A stretch of DNA of 64,000 nt from Microbacteriaceae bacterium (lineage in GTDB: Bacteria; Actinomycetota; Actinomycetes; Actinomycetales; Microbacteriaceae). The stretch is taken from positions 1,427 through 65,426 of the forward strand of contig DATGWF010000077.1 of the NCBI GenBank assembly GCA_035299585.1, written 5' to 3'. Below the pieces are notes generated by a model. It was not told the DNA's origin. It saw nothing but the letters and a program-made list of their open reading frames with translations, and did not search any database. A program made the position numbers and the translations under genes. This document shows positions 37,871-48,509 of the stretch, one piece after another (the first letter of the stretch is position 1; each line of letters starts with the position of its first letter).

Positions 37871-39075
37871 CCGAAAACGAATCGCGCTGGCATGCCGCGT
37901 GGCAAAAGGTGACGACCGGGAACGCAATCATCTCGGTGTTCGCCCTGCTCCTGGCGATGCTCGTCGGCTCCATCATGATTGTCGCGACCGACGTCAAGGT
38001 GCTCGACGCCTTCGGGTACTTCTTCGCCCGACCGGGAGACACCTTCCGAGCCATCGGTGAAGCCGTGGGCGGCGCGTACTCCTCGCTGTTCCAAGGCTCC
38101 ATCTACAACTTCCGCGTCGACAGCTTCGAGAAGGGCATTCGCCCGCTCACGGAAACGCTCAACTTCGCGACTCCGCTCATCGCTGCCGGACTCGGTGTCG
38201 GTCTCGCCTTCCGGGTGGGCATGTTCAACATCGGCGGTCGCGGTCAGATGCTCGTGGCGGCTTCCGCCGCGGGATGGGTGTCGTGGAGCTTCCCGATGCC
38301 CGCCGGACTGCACCTGCTGTTCGCAGTCCTCGCGGGAATGCTCGCCGGCGCGCTCTGGGCCGGAATCGCCGGCTTCCTGAAGGCGCGCACCGGAGCACAC
38401 GAGGTCATCGTGACCATCATGCTCAACTACATCGGCTACTACCTGATCTCGTGGATGCTCGCCACCCCGGGCCTGTTGCAGGCACCCGGCTCGAACAACC
38501 CGAAGACGCCGGCCGCGCTCGAGAGCGCCCAGTTCCCGAAGCTCCTCGGCCCGAACTACAACGTGCACCTCGGCTTGCTGGTCGCCCTGCTCGCCGTGGT
38601 CGTGGTGTGGTGGCTGCTCAATCGCTCGCAATTGGGCTTCCAGATGCGCGCCGTTGGCCAGAACCCGAGCGCCGCGAAGGTTGCCGGCATCAACGTCTCC
38701 CGGATGTACCTCTACGGCATGCTCATTGCCGGCGCGCTCGTGGGTCTCGCCGGCGTGAGCCAGGTGCTCGGGACGGTGACGAGCGGATTCGGTTCCGGCA
38801 TTGACGCCGGCGTCGGCTTCGACGCCATCACCGTCGCGCTGCTCGGCCGCTCCAACCCGGTCGGCATTCTGCTCGCCGCCCTGCTGTTCGGCGCCCTGAA
38901 GGCCGGCGGCTTCGCCATGCAGGCCGCCAACGGCATCCCCATCGACATCGTTCTCGTCGTGCAGTCCCTCATCGTGCTCTTCATCGCGGCTCCGCCGCTC
39001 ATCCGCACCCTGTTCCGACTGCCCGACCCCGAGCGCGCGCGCTCGCGTGCCGCACAGGCGGAGGTAAGCAAATGA
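37867..39075 (+). CDS. ABC transporter permease (BMP-type importer)
   Basis: 402-aa polytopic ORF. 4-nt overlaps with both neighbours. Confidence 0.9.
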   Translation: MTENESRWHAAWQKVTTGNAIISVFALLLAMLVGSIMIVATDVKVLDAFGYFFARPGDTFRAIGEAVGGAYSSLFQGSIYNFRVDSFEKGIRPLTETLNFATPLIAAGLGVGLAFRVGMFNIGGRGQMLVAASAAGWVSWSFPMPAGLHLLFAVLAGMLAGALWAGIAGFLKARTGAHEVIVTIMLNYIGYYLISWMLATPGLLQAPGSNNPKTPAALESAQFPKLLGPNYNVHLGLLVALLAVVVVWWLLNRSQLGFQMRAVGQNPSAAKVAGINVSRMYLYGMLIAGALVGLAGVSQVLGTVTSGFGSGIDAGVGFDAITVALLGRSNPVGILLAALLFGALKAGGFAMQAANGIPIDIVLVVQSLIVLFIAAPPLIRTLFRLPDPERARSRAAQAEVSK

Positions 39076-40343
39076 GCACGGCCAAGATTGAACTCGAGTC
39101 GACGACCCTCGTGTCCTGGAAGTCGGCGATCGCATTCATCGTGATTACCGTGGTGTCCGCCGCGCTGCTGCTCGGCGCACCCAACCCGGGCGAAGTCACC
39201 TACAAGCTGAGCCAGAGCGATGACAACTTCCAACTCGCTCCGCTCGAGCTCACCGGCGCGGTTGTCACGGTCGTGACGCTCGTCGTGCTCGCGCTCCTCA
39301 GCGTGGCCGCAGTGCTCCTCACCCGGGCACAGCGGCGTGTCCCCATCTGGGTTGCCGCGCTGTTCGGAGCGGTCGCCTTCTTCGGCTTCCTCACCTGGGC
39401 CGCGGCCGGGTCGACCACGCCGGTCGTTCCGCTTCCCGGCTTGCTCGCCGGTGGCGTGTCACTCGCCGTGCCGCTCATCTTTGGCGCCATGACCGGCGTG
39501 ATCGGTGAGCGATCTGGTGTCGTGAACATCGCCATCGAAGGTCAGCTGCTCGCGGGTGCTTTCACCTCGGCAATGGTCGCCACTCTCACCCACAACCCGT
39601 GGGCTGGCCTCATCGCCGCCATGGTCGCCGGTGTGCTTGTGTCGCTGCTGCTCTCGCTTTTTGCGATTCGATACTGGGTCGAACAGGTCATCGTCGGTGT
39701 CGTGCTGAACGTGCTCGTCATCGGTCTCACCAACTTCCTGTTCTCAGAGGTGATGGCGTCGAACGCGGCCACGCTCAACCAACCGCCGCGATTCGACCGA
39801 CTGCCGATTCCGTTCCTCGCCGATATCCCGCTCATTGGGCCGATGTTCTTCCGCCAGACGGTCATCGTGTACGTCATGTACATCACGGTTGCCGTGGTTG
39901 CCTTCACGCTCGCAAAGACCCGCTGGGGTCTGCGCACCCGCGCCGTGGGTGAGCACCCGACCGCGGCGGACACCGTCGGCATTCGGGTGAACCGTCTGCG
40001 CTTCATCAATATCCTCATCGCGGGAGCCATCGCCGGTTTCGGTGGCGCGTTCTTCACCCTCGGTGCGGTCGGCGCATTCAACAAGGAAATGACCGCCGGT
40101 GCCGGATACATCGCCCTCGCGGCGGTGATTTTCGGTCAGTGGGACCCCATCAAGGCCACGCTCGCCGCCCTGCTCTTCGGCTTCGCGTCGAACATTCAAA
40201 ACACCCTCGGTGTGATGGGTTCACCCGTGCCGAGTCAGTTCATGCTCATGCTGCCCTACCTCGCCACCATCTTCGCGGTGGCCGGTCTCGTCGGTCGTTC
40301 TCGTCCGCCGGCTGCAGACGGCATTCCCTACAAGAAGGCCTAA
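39072..40343 (+). CDS. ABC transporter permease (BMP-type importer)
   Basis: 423-aa polytopic ORF, paralogous in organisation to 37867..39075. Confidence 0.9.
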   Translation: MSTAKIELESTTLVSWKSAIAFIVITVVSAALLLGAPNPGEVTYKLSQSDDNFQLAPLELTGAVVTVVTLVVLALLSVAAVLLTRAQRRVPIWVAALFGAVAFFGFLTWAAAGSTTPVVPLPGLLAGGVSLAVPLIFGAMTGVIGERSGVVNIAIEGQLLAGAFTSAMVATLTHNPWAGLIAAMVAGVLVSLLLSLFAIRYWVEQVIVGVVLNVLVIGLTNFLFSEVMASNAATLNQPPRFDRLPIPFLADIPLIGPMFFRQTVIVYVMYITVAVVAFTLAKTRWGLRTRAVGEHPTAADTVGIRVNRLRFINILIAGAIAGFGGAFFTLGAVGAFNKEMTAGAGYIALAAVIFGQWDPIKATLAALLFGFASNIQNTLGVMGSPVPSQFMLMLPYLATIFAVAGLVGRSRPPAADGIPYKKA

Positions 40344-40345
40344 CC

Positions 40346-40759
40346 ATGACAATCGATTGGGATGAGCTGCGTGCCGCAGCGGTCGTGGCGTCACGGCACG
40401 CCTACGTGCCCTACTCCAAGTTCCCGGTGGGCGTCGCCGCCATCGTGACCGACGGTCGGATCGTCACGGGAGCAAACATCGAAAACGCCTCCTACGGTGT
40501 CACGCTGTGCGCCGAGTGCTCACTCGTGAGTGACCTGATCATGGGTGGCGGGGGCAAGCTCGTGGCCTTCAGCTGCGTCGACGGCAACGGCGACGTGCTG
40601 ATGCCGTGTGGCCGATGCCGACAACTGCTGTTTGAACACGCCGCACCGGGCATGCTGCTCGAGACGGTGTCGGGGGTCAAGACCATCAACGAGGTGCTGC
40701 CCGATGCGTTCGGACCGCAGCAGCTCGACGACTACCAGACAGGAACCCACAGTGGTTGA
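40346..40759 (+). CDS. cdd: cytidine deaminase
   Basis: Track ORF trimmed to ATG 40346. Zinc motifs CAECS and PCGRCRQ. Confidence 0.9.
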   Translation: MTIDWDELRAAAVVASRHAYVPYSKFPVGVAAIVTDGRIVTGANIENASYGVTLCAECSLVSDLIMGGGGKLVAFSCVDGNGDVLMPCGRCRQLLFEHAAPGMLLETVSGVKTINEVLPDAFGPQQLDDYQTGTHSG

Positions 40760-42044
40760 AGCTTTTGACGCCGTAGATCTCATTCGCACCAAGCGTGATC
40801 GCGGTGAGCTCAGCACCGAACAGATCCGATGGCTCGTCGACGCCTACACCCGTGGCTACGTCGCCAACGAGCAAATGTCGGCGATGACGATGGCCATCTT
40901 CCTCAACGGCATGAACCGCCGCGAAATCCGCGACCTCACCATGGCGATGATCGACACCGGCGAGCGGATGGACTTCAGCGCGCTCGGCAAGCCCACGTCG
41001 GACAAGCACTCCACCGGTGGCGTCGGCGACAAGATCACCCTTCCGCTCATGCCCCTCGTGGCCACCTTCGGCGTCGCGGTGCCGCAGCTGTCGGGCCGTG
41101 GCTTGGGGCACACCGGTGGCACGCTCGACAAGTTGGAATCGATTCCGGGCTGGCGTGCCAACCTCACCCCGCAGGAAATGTTCGACCAGATGGCGGCCGT
41201 CAACGGCGTCATTTGCGCCGCAGGGTCCGGTCTCGCTCCCGCTGACGGTCGACTCTACGCACTCCGCGACGTGACCGGCACGGTCGAAGCGATCCCGCTG
41301 ATCGCCTCGTCAATCATGTCGAAGAAGCTCGCCGAAGGTACCGGCGCGCTCGTCCTCGACGTCAAGTTCGGTTCGGGAGCATTCCTCCAAGACATCGAAC
41401 GCGGTCGCGAACTCGCTCGCACCATGGTGGAACTGGGCACCGACGCTGGTGTGGCCACGTCGGCCCTCCTCACCAATATGAACGTGCCGCTCGGCCTCGC
41501 AATTGGCAACGCCAACGAGGTTCGCGAGTCGGTTGAGGTCTTGCAGGGCGGAGGGCCAGCGGACATCCGCGAGCTCACCGTCGAACTCGCTCGCGAAATG
41601 CTCCGCCTGGTCGGACAGACCGACGTGGACGTGGAGGCGGCCCTCGACGACGGTCGCGCCTACGACACCTGGCGCAAAGTCATTCGCGCCCAGGATGGCG
41701 ACCCGGACGCCCCGATGGCGACCCCGCGTGAAACCCACGTCGTCCGTGCGGAACGCGACGGCGTGCTCGTGCGGCAAGAGGCGTTGCCGTTCGGTATCTC
41801 CGCGTGGCGCCTCGGTGCCGGCCGTGCTCGCCAGGGTGACCCGGTCATGCACGCGGCCGGCATCGACCTCAAGGTCAAGCCGGGCGACACGGTTCGCGCC
41901 GGCGACGTCCTGTGGGAGCTCCACACCGACGAACCCGAACGATTCGACCGCGCACTCGAAGCACTCGAGGGCACATGGGAGATTGCCGAGCCCGGTACTC
42001 CTGTTCACACCGGTGGCCCGCTCATCGCGGACCGCATCTCCTAA
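40752..42044 (+). CDS. deoA: thymidine (pyrimidine-nucleoside) phosphorylase
   Basis: Track ORF trimmed to GTG 40752 (8-nt overlap with cdd). Motifs DKHSTGGVGDK and SGRGLGHTGGTLDKLE. Confidence 0.9.
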   Translation: MVEAFDAVDLIRTKRDRGELSTEQIRWLVDAYTRGYVANEQMSAMTMAIFLNGMNRREIRDLTMAMIDTGERMDFSALGKPTSDKHSTGGVGDKITLPLMPLVATFGVAVPQLSGRGLGHTGGTLDKLESIPGWRANLTPQEMFDQMAAVNGVICAAGSGLAPADGRLYALRDVTGTVEAIPLIASSIMSKKLAEGTGALVLDVKFGSGAFLQDIERGRELARTMVELGTDAGVATSALLTNMNVPLGLAIGNANEVRESVEVLQGGGPADIRELTVELAREMLRLVGQTDVDVEAALDDGRAYDTWRKVIRAQDGDPDAPMATPRETHVVRAERDGVLVRQEALPFGISAWRLGAGRARQGDPVMHAAGIDLKVKPGDTVRAGDVLWELHTDEPERFDRALEALEGTWEIAEPGTPVHTGGPLIADRIS

Positions 42045-42053
42045 GGATTCACC

Positions 42054-43160
42054 ATGTCAGAACTCAAAATCGACGGCATCGACGTTCGCGCCCTGCCGAA
42101 GGTGTCGCTCCATGACCACCTCGACGGTGGCCTCCGCCCGCAAACCATCATTGAGCTCGCCGCCACAATCGGCCTCGACCTTCCAGCAACCACTGCCGAT
42201 GATCTCGGCGCCTGGTTCGCCGAGAAATCGAACTCGGGTTCGCTCGTCGAATACTTGAAGACCTTCGACATCACCACAGCGGTCATGCAGACCCGCGAAG
42301 GCCTCGAGCGTGTCGCGCGCGAGGCCGTCGTCGACCTTGCCGCCGACGGCGTCATTTGGGCGGAACTGCGCTGGGCTCCCGAGCAACACCTGCAGCGGGG
42401 GCTCTCCCTCGATGAGGTCGTCGAAGCCGTCCAAGCCGGCATCGACGCCGGCATCGACGAGGCGGCCGAGGCCGGGAACGCGATCGGTGTCGGCCAGCTC
42501 GTGACCGCAATGCGTCACGCCGATCGCGGCATGGAAATCGCTCAGCTCGCCGTGCGCCACCGCGACAACGGTGTGGTCGGGTTCGACCTCGCCGGGGCCG
42601 AGGCCGGGTTCCCGCCCAGCGCATTCCGCGACGCCTTCGACTATCTCGCCCGCGAAATGTTCCCCATCACGGTGCACGCAGGTGAGGCGGACGGCCTCGA
42701 ATCCATCTCCTCTGCAATCGTCGACGGCCGCGCACTGCGTCTCGGTCACGGCGTTCGCCTCGCGGAAGACATCGCGATTGCGCGCGAGGATGACGAGCAC
42801 ACCTTCGTCACGCTCGGAGCCATTGCCGAATGGGTCCGCGACCGCGAGATTGTCCTCGAGACGAGCCCGAGCTCGAACCTGCAGACCGGCGCGATTGCCG
42901 CGTGGGGCGACGACATGGTCGACCACCCATTCGACCTGCTCTACCAGCTTGGATTCGCGGTGACGGTCAACACGGACAACCGACTCATGAGCGGAACCAG
43001 CCTGAGCAAGGAACTGTGGCTCTTGGCCGACGCGTTCGGCTACGACCTCGACGATGTCGAGCAGTTCCAGCTGAACGCCGCAGCGGCTGCGTTCTGTCCG
43101 CTCGACGAGCGCGATGCGCTCGCGGCGACCATTCGCTCCGCGTTTGATGCACTGCGGTAG
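42054..43160 (+). CDS. add: adenosine deaminase
   Basis: 368 aa. LPKVSLHDHLDG, HAGE and SVNTDN-like (TVNTDNRLMSGT) metal/catalytic motifs. Confidence 0.9.
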   Translation: MSELKIDGIDVRALPKVSLHDHLDGGLRPQTIIELAATIGLDLPATTADDLGAWFAEKSNSGSLVEYLKTFDITTAVMQTREGLERVAREAVVDLAADGVIWAELRWAPEQHLQRGLSLDEVVEAVQAGIDAGIDEAAEAGNAIGVGQLVTAMRHADRGMEIAQLAVRHRDNGVVGFDLAGAEAGFPPSAFRDAFDYLAREMFPITVHAGEADGLESISSAIVDGRALRLGHGVRLAEDIAIAREDDEHTFVTLGAIAEWVRDREIVLETSPSSNLQTGAIAAWGDDMVDHPFDLLYQLGFAVTVNTDNRLMSGTSLSKELWLLADAFGYDLDDVEQFQLNAAAAAFCPLDERDALAATIRSAFDALR

Positions 43161-43211
43161 TCGCCGAGTTGTGTAGCCTGGAGGGCTGCGCTTCTCGAGG
43201 AAAGGTCGACC

Positions 43212-45002
43212 ATGGCTGAACAGTCAACCATGCGGTCATTGCTGCGTTTGTGGCCGATTCTCGGCCGCGAGCGGTGGATGCTTCTCGGCTCCTTCATCGT
43301 CGCGCTCGTCGCGATGGGGCTCAGCTTGGCCATTCCGCAAGCGCTCGGTTGGATGATTGACGGCCCAATCGCCTCGAACGATCCGCAGCAGATTTGGATT
43401 GCGGCGGGAATCATTTTGGGTCTCGGCGTGCTCGAGTCGTGTGCCTGGATTGTGCGACGCATTGTGTTTTCGTTGCCTCCGGCGTCGGCCATCGAGACAC
43501 GACTGCGTACCCGTCTGTATGCGCGACTGCAGGACCTGCCGGTCGGTTTCCACGACCGTTGGCCGAGCGGCCAGTTGCTCTCGCGTGCGCTCAGCGACAT
43601 CGGCACGATCCGGCGCTGGACCGCCTTCGGTGTGGTGTTCTTCGCCGTGAACGTCGTGGTCATCATCGTTGCCACGGGGATTCTGGTCTGGATGTCGCCC
43701 CTACTCGGTCTGCTCTTCCTCGCCGTGTCTTCGCCCATCTGGGTGCTCGGCTACCGATTCGAGAAGAAGTATTCGGTGTCGTCCCGGCTCAGCCAAGACC
43801 AGGCGGGAAACCTCGCGACCGCGGTTGAAGAATCGGTGCACGGAATCCGCATTCTGAAGGCGTTCGGCCGTGCCGACTATTCGCTCGGTCAGTTCACCCA
43901 GCGGGCGCGCGAATTGCGCCGGACGGAACTCGAAAAGGCCCGGCTCGACGCCGGCATCTGGTTTTGGCTCACCCTGTTGCCTGCGCTCGCACTCGGACTC
44001 ATCCTGCTTGTCGGGGTCATGCAGGTGGCTGCCGGCACGCTCGAGATCGGCACGCTTGTCGCCTTCTTTGCGACCGCGGTATCGCTGCGCTGGCCGGTCG
44101 AATCAATCGGCTTCCTCTACGCATTTACCGTCGATACTCGGACGGCGGTCGACCGCATTTTCGAGATTCTTGATGAACCCAACCCGATTCGTGAACCCGA
44201 CGAGCCGGCCCGCCTTGACGCACCCGAGGGTCGGGTTCGGTTCGAAGACGTCGTGTTCCGGTATCCGGACGCTCCCGCCTCGAGCACGCCACTGCTCGAC
44301 GGAGTGTCGCTCGAGCTGGCACCCGGCGAAACGGTGGCTCTCGTCGGCCTGACCGGATCGGGCAAGTCGACCGTCACCTCGCTCATGATCCGATTGTTCG
44401 ACGTCACGAGCGGACGAATCACGATTGACGGTGTTGATCTGCGCGCCCTCTCGCGCGGGGAGCTTCGCCGCCATGTCGCGATTGCATTTGAGGAGCCGAC
44501 GCTCTTCTCGGCTTCGGTTCGGGACAACGTGCTGCTCGGCCGGCCGGATCTCGTCCCCGGCAGCGACGAAGCCGAGCGCGTGCTCGAAACCGCGCTTCGG
44601 GTCGCGCAGGCGGAATTTGTCAGCAGGCTCCCGGACGGCCTCGACACCGTCATTGGTGAAGAGGGCCACAGCCTGTCGGGTGGGCAGCGCCAGCGCCTCG
44701 CGCTTGCGCGAGCAATTGCCGCAAACCCGACCGTCCTCGTTCTTGACGACCCGCTCTCGGCGCTCGATGTCGAGACGGAGGAGCGGGCACAGCGCGCGCT
44801 CGGTGAGACCCTGCAGCGCACCACGACCCTCGTGGTTGCACACCGCCCCTCGACGGTCTTGCTCGCCGATCGCGTCGCCCTCCTCGAAAAGGGACGCATC
44901 GTGGCGGTCGGCCCACACACGGAGTTGCTCGCGAACGATGCCCGATACCGGCACGTCCTGTCGAGCTTCGAAACCGAGGAGGTGAGCACGAATGAGCGTT
45001 GA
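43212..45002 (+). CDS. ABC transporter fused permease/ATPase (exporter fold), subunit 1 of a pair
   Basis: 596 aa. TMD followed by NBD ([31 protein letters not shown]). Confidence 0.85.
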   Translation: MAEQSTMRSLLRLWPILGRERWMLLGSFIVALVAMGLSLAIPQALGWMIDGPIASNDPQQIWIAAGIILGLGVLESCAWIVRRIVFSLPPASAIETRLRTRLYARLQDLPVGFHDRWPSGQLLSRALSDIGTIRRWTAFGVVFFAVNVVVIIVATGILVWMSPLLGLLFLAVSSPIWVLGYRFEKKYSVSSRLSQDQAGNLATAVEESVHGIRILKAFGRADYSLGQFTQRARELRRTELEKARLDAGIWFWLTLLPALALGLILLVGVMQVAAGTLEIGTLVAFFATAVSLRWPVESIGFLYAFTVDTRTAVDRIFEILDEPNPIREPDEPARLDAPEGRVRFEDVVFRYPDAPASSTPLLDGVSLELAPGETVALVGLTGSGKSTVTSLMIRLFDVTSGRITIDGVDLRALSRGELRRHVAIAFEEPTLFSASVRDNVLLGRPDLVPGSDEAERVLETALRVAQAEFVSRLPDGLDTVIGEEGHSLSGGQRQRLALARAIAANPTVLVLDDPLSALDVETEERAQRALGETLQRTTTLVVAHRPSTVLLADRVALLEKGRIVAVGPHTELLANDARYRHVLSSFETEEVSTNER

Positions 45003-46797
45003 TGGCGTATCGGGCGAAGAGCGGACCGACTACACCCGCGAAGAATCACGCATTATTCGCCGTCGTTCGGCGAACCTGTTACGCGAGGTGTTGCGACCCT
45101 CGGGTCGCCGGTTGGCGTGGTCGATTGCCCTCATCGTTCTCGGCACGATGGCGCAAGTGGCCGGGCCGGCGCTCATTGCAATCGGTATCGACACCGGCAT
45201 TCCTGCCGCGCAAGCGGGGGACTGGCACGTCATCGTGTGGGTCAGTATCGGGTTTTTTGCCAGCGCCCTGTTTTCTGCCAGTGCGGTGTACGGCTACGTT
45301 CGCGGTTTTACCGCAGTCGGCCAGAACGCCATGCTCGACTTGCGCACCCGGCTGTATCGCCACACCCAGCGCCTGAGCCTCGAGTTTCACGAGTCGTACA
45401 CGTCCGGCCGCATTATTGCCCGCCAGACGAGCGACCTCGACTCCATCCGGGAGTTCCTGGGCGAGAGCTTGAACTCGGTCATTGCGGGTCTGTTGTTCAT
45501 GATCTTCACGGCCGGGGCCCTGCTCCTCGTCGACGGGCCGAGCGGTCTCGTGCTGCTCGCCGCCCTCATTCCGATCAGCTTCATCGTGAACTGGTACCAG
45601 AAGCGTTCGGAGCGCGTGTTTCGGGCCTCTCGCGTCGCTTCCGCTCGACTCATTGTGAAGTTCGTCGAGACGATGACGGGCATGCGTGCGGTGCAGGCGT
45701 TCCGCGCCGAGGAGCGCAATCAGGAACGTTTTAACGAACTCAACCGCACCTACGTCGGGTTCAACAACCAGTCGATGCGTCTGTTCGGCATTTTCGCGCC
45801 CTCACTCAACATCGTTGCGGCGTTCACGCTCGCGGTCGTTCTGCTGCTCGGTGGGTTCCGGGTTCTGCAGGACGGCATGGAAATCGGTGTGTTGCTCGCG
45901 GTGCTCCTCTACGTGCGGCAGTTCTTCCAGCCGATTGATGAAGTCGCGGCCTTCTACAACGGCTACCAGTCGGCTTCAGCAGCACTCGAAAAGATTTCCG
46001 GTGTGCTCGCCGAGGACCCGAGCGTTCCTGAGCCCACGCGACCGGTTCCGCTCCCGCAAGCGACGGGTGCCGTGCGTTTCGACCGGGTGGTCTTCGAGTA
46101 TTTGAGCGGACGCACTGTTCTGCCCGAGTTCACCCTCGATGTTCCTGCCGGGCAGACCATTGCGCTCGTCGGCGCGACCGGTGCGGGCAAGACCACCCTC
46201 GCAAAGCTGCTGGCCCGGTTCTACGACCCGAGCCACGGCGAGGTACAGCTCGACGGGGTGTCCTTGCGAAAGATTTCGGGCGAGGATCTGCGTCGCGCGA
46301 TCGTCATGGTCACGCAGGATGCGTATCTGTTTTCCGGAAGTGTGGCCGAGAACATCGCGCTCGGCAAGCCCGGTGCGAGCCGCGACGAGATCATCGCGGC
46401 GGCGACCGCGGTTGGCGCGCACGAGTTCATCACGGCGCTCCCCGAGGGATACGACACCGACGTCAACAAGCGCGGCGGGCGCGTCAGTGCTGGCCAGCGT
46501 CAGCTCATTTCATTCGCCAGGGCGTTCATCGCCGACCCGGCAGTCCTCATTCTCGACGAGGCCACGAGCTCCCTCGACATTCCCAGCGAGCGGCTCGTGC
46601 AGCACGCCCTGCAAACCCTGCTGGCGGACCGTACGGCGCTCATCATCGCGCACCGCCTATCGACCGTCGCCATTGCCGACCGGGTGCTGGTGATGGACGC
46701 GGGTCACATCGTCGAAGACGGCACCCCCGAGCAGCTCATTGCCGGTACCGGACGTTTTGCCGCGCTCCACGCGGCGTGGCGTGACTCGTTGGTCTAA
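44992..46797 (+). CDS. ABC transporter fused permease/ATPase (exporter fold), subunit 2 of a pair
   Basis: 601 aa. TMD followed by NBD ([31 protein letters not shown]). 11-nt overlap with subunit 1. Confidence 0.85.
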   Translation: MSVDGVSGEERTDYTREESRIIRRRSANLLREVLRPSGRRLAWSIALIVLGTMAQVAGPALIAIGIDTGIPAAQAGDWHVIVWVSIGFFASALFSASAVYGYVRGFTAVGQNAMLDLRTRLYRHTQRLSLEFHESYTSGRIIARQTSDLDSIREFLGESLNSVIAGLLFMIFTAGALLLVDGPSGLVLLAALIPISFIVNWYQKRSERVFRASRVASARLIVKFVETMTGMRAVQAFRAEERNQERFNELNRTYVGFNNQSMRLFGIFAPSLNIVAAFTLAVVLLLGGFRVLQDGMEIGVLLAVLLYVRQFFQPIDEVAAFYNGYQSASAALEKISGVLAEDPSVPEPTRPVPLPQATGAVRFDRVVFEYLSGRTVLPEFTLDVPAGQTIALVGATGAGKTTLAKLLARFYDPSHGEVQLDGVSLRKISGEDLRRAIVMVTQDAYLFSGSVAENIALGKPGASRDEIIAAATAVGAHEFITALPEGYDTDVNKRGGRVSAGQRQLISFARAFIADPAVLILDEATSSLDIPSERLVQHALQTLLADRTALIIAHRLSTVAIADRVLVMDAGHIVEDGTPEQLIAGTGRFAALHAAWRDSLV

Positions 46798-47114
46798 CGC
46801 CAGGGTCGGTAGCGGGCGCGAGCGAAGTCGACGCGATACCCGCACTCGGTGTCGGTGGTGATGAGAGGCGTGCCTTCGGCTACGTAGAACTCCCGGGCGC
46901 GATCTTCGAGCCCGCGTGGCGGGTGCCCGCCAGCACGCAGTACTCGCCACCACGGCGAACCCTGTCCGTAGTAGGCCATCACCTGACCGACGGCTCGTGC
47001 GGCGCGCGAGCCGAGCGCTGCGGCCACGTCGCCGTAGCTCATCACCTGACCGCTGGGGATCTCATCGACGACGGCAAGTACCGCTTCGGCGAAGCCGCGA
47101 TCGGGTGCGGGCAT
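46794..47114 (-). CDS. alkyltransferase-like (ATL) MGMT-family DNA-binding protein lacking the acceptor cysteine
   Basis: Track ORF trimmed to ATG 47114. 106 aa. MGMT HTH region ([21 protein letters not shown]), but the PCHRV site reads PWWRV. Confidence 0.8.
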   Translation of the reverse strand: MPAPDRGFAEAVLAVVDEIPSGQVMSYGDVAAALGSRAARAVGQVMAYYGQGSPWWRVLRAGGHPPRGLEDRAREFYVAEGTPLITTDTECGYRVDFARARYRPWR

Positions 47115-47116
47115 CG

Positions 47117-47569
47117 CTAGACCGCGAGGGAACCGATGATGTCTCCGTATGCGGTTTCGCCCACGTCGGTGAAGCCAATGCGGTGGAAGAACTGTCCTGG
47201 TCCGGCATCGCCCGGCTCCCACATGACGGTGATCCGGTCGAAGCCACGGCGACGTGCCTCGTCGAGAACGGCCTGCACCGCAAAGCGTCCGACGCCCTTG
47301 CCCTGCACGTCGGCGTCGACGTTGATGCGCCAAATGCAGGCGCGGAGCTCGTCGCGAGTCTCTTCGGGATCAAAGTTGGCTTGGACAAAGGCAACGACCG
47401 TGCCGTCAAGGACGACAACGCGCTGCCAGGTCGTGGCCGGATTCAGCACGGTGGCCTCGGCGGCATAGGTGACTGGCGCGATGAACTGTGCCTGGCCCGG
47501 CTTGAGCGTGAGGCTATTGGCCGCAACGATGTTCGACGCCGACAGTTCTTCGCAACGCAGTTCGCTCAT
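47117..47569 (-). CDS. GNAT-family N-acetyltransferase
   Basis: 150 aa. Acetyl-CoA binding motif QGKGVGRFAVQAVLDEARRRG. Confidence 0.8.
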   Translation of the reverse strand: MSELRCEELSASNIVAANSLTLKPGQAQFIAPVTYAAEATVLNPATTWQRVVVLDGTVVAFVQANFDPEETRDELRACIWRINVDADVQGKGVGRFAVQAVLDEARRRGFDRITVMWEPGDAGPGQFFHRIGFTDVGETAYGDIIGSLAV

Positions 47570-47668
47570 ATCGCCAGCGTAACCCGTCAGGTCATTTCGG
47601 GGAGTGATTTTTTGCGACGCGCACGCTCGCCGGTGTCGTTCCCGCGACGGACGAATCGGTGCCGTGGC

Positions 47669-48034
47669 TTAGCGGTCGGCGAGGTCGGCGCGTCCGCCGA
47701 ACACGCCCGCAATCGCCGTGACCGCGATGAGCGCGAGCGCTGCCCACCAGGCGGCGCCGGTTCCCAGCAGTGCGAGCGCCCCCGCCGTCGACAAGCCAAT
47801 CTCGACGAGAGCGCGGCCGAACACATCGACCCGGACGACCGACCGGGGCGAGAGGAAGAGTGCCCAGACGAGCACCGCCCCGACAACGGCTCCCGCGGCT
47901 ACGAGCAGTCCGGGGAACGGGAGCGCGAACCGCACGACACCCCACGCACCGAGCGCGAACGTTGCGGCGAGGGCGGTGAGTGCACGCACGACCTCAAGAA
48001 CGGCACGAGCGCGGGTCGGGGCGGCGGAAGTCAC
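47669..48034 (-). CDS. hypothetical 4-TM membrane protein (DUF2568-like, from memory)
   Basis: Hydrophobic ORF. Start uncertain: GTG 48034 chosen, track start is TTG 48079. Confidence 0.5.
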   Translation of the reverse strand: MTSAAPTRARAVLEVVRALTALAATFALGAWGVVRFALPFPGLLVAAGAVVGAVLVWALFLSPRSVVRVDVFGRALVEIGLSTAGALALLGTGAAWWAALALIAVTAIAGVFGGRADLADR

Positions 48035-48128
48035 CCCTCGAGTGTATCGTCGGCGTGACGGTGAGCAGTCCCAGCGCAACGCAAGTTCCGCCTCCTAGAC
48101 TGACCAAAACTGAAGGGCGGAGCGGGGA

Positions 48129-48509
48129 GTGAACACGGTACCGGGCAACGGTCAACACGAGTGTGTCGTCATTCCTTCCTCCTCGGACGAGGAGTTCACC
48201 GCCTCGATGTACGCGCTCGTCCCGAAGCTTCGCGCGGGCCTCGTCGTGCTCGGCCGCGGTCCCGTGAGTCCCGCTCTCGCTCGTGATGCGCAGCAGGCGC
48301 TCCGGAGTGAGCGGGTCACCCTGGTCTGGCTGGCACAACCGCAGCCGACCGAGTTCCACCTGGGCATTCCCGATGGGCTCGCCGAGGACGAGCTGGAAGC
48401 CGTGTACGCCTCGCTCGAAGCGGCACTCCCGGAGCTGTTACATCGCGACGTTCGGGTCACGGTGGCGCCGCTCCCGCAAGTGCTCGCACTCAGCCTTAGC
48501 GGAAGATAA
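48129..48509 (+). CDS. hypothetical protein
   Basis: 126-aa ORF with GTG start. GC3-rich codons and non-repetitive composition. No recognised family. Its 3' end overlaps the purU 3' end by 14 nt. Confidence 0.4.
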   Translation: MNTVPGNGQHECVVIPSSSDEEFTASMYALVPKLRAGLVVLGRGPVSPALARDAQQALRSERVTLVWLAQPQPTEFHLGIPDGLAEDELEAVYASLEAALPELLHRDVRVTVAPLPQVLALSLSGR

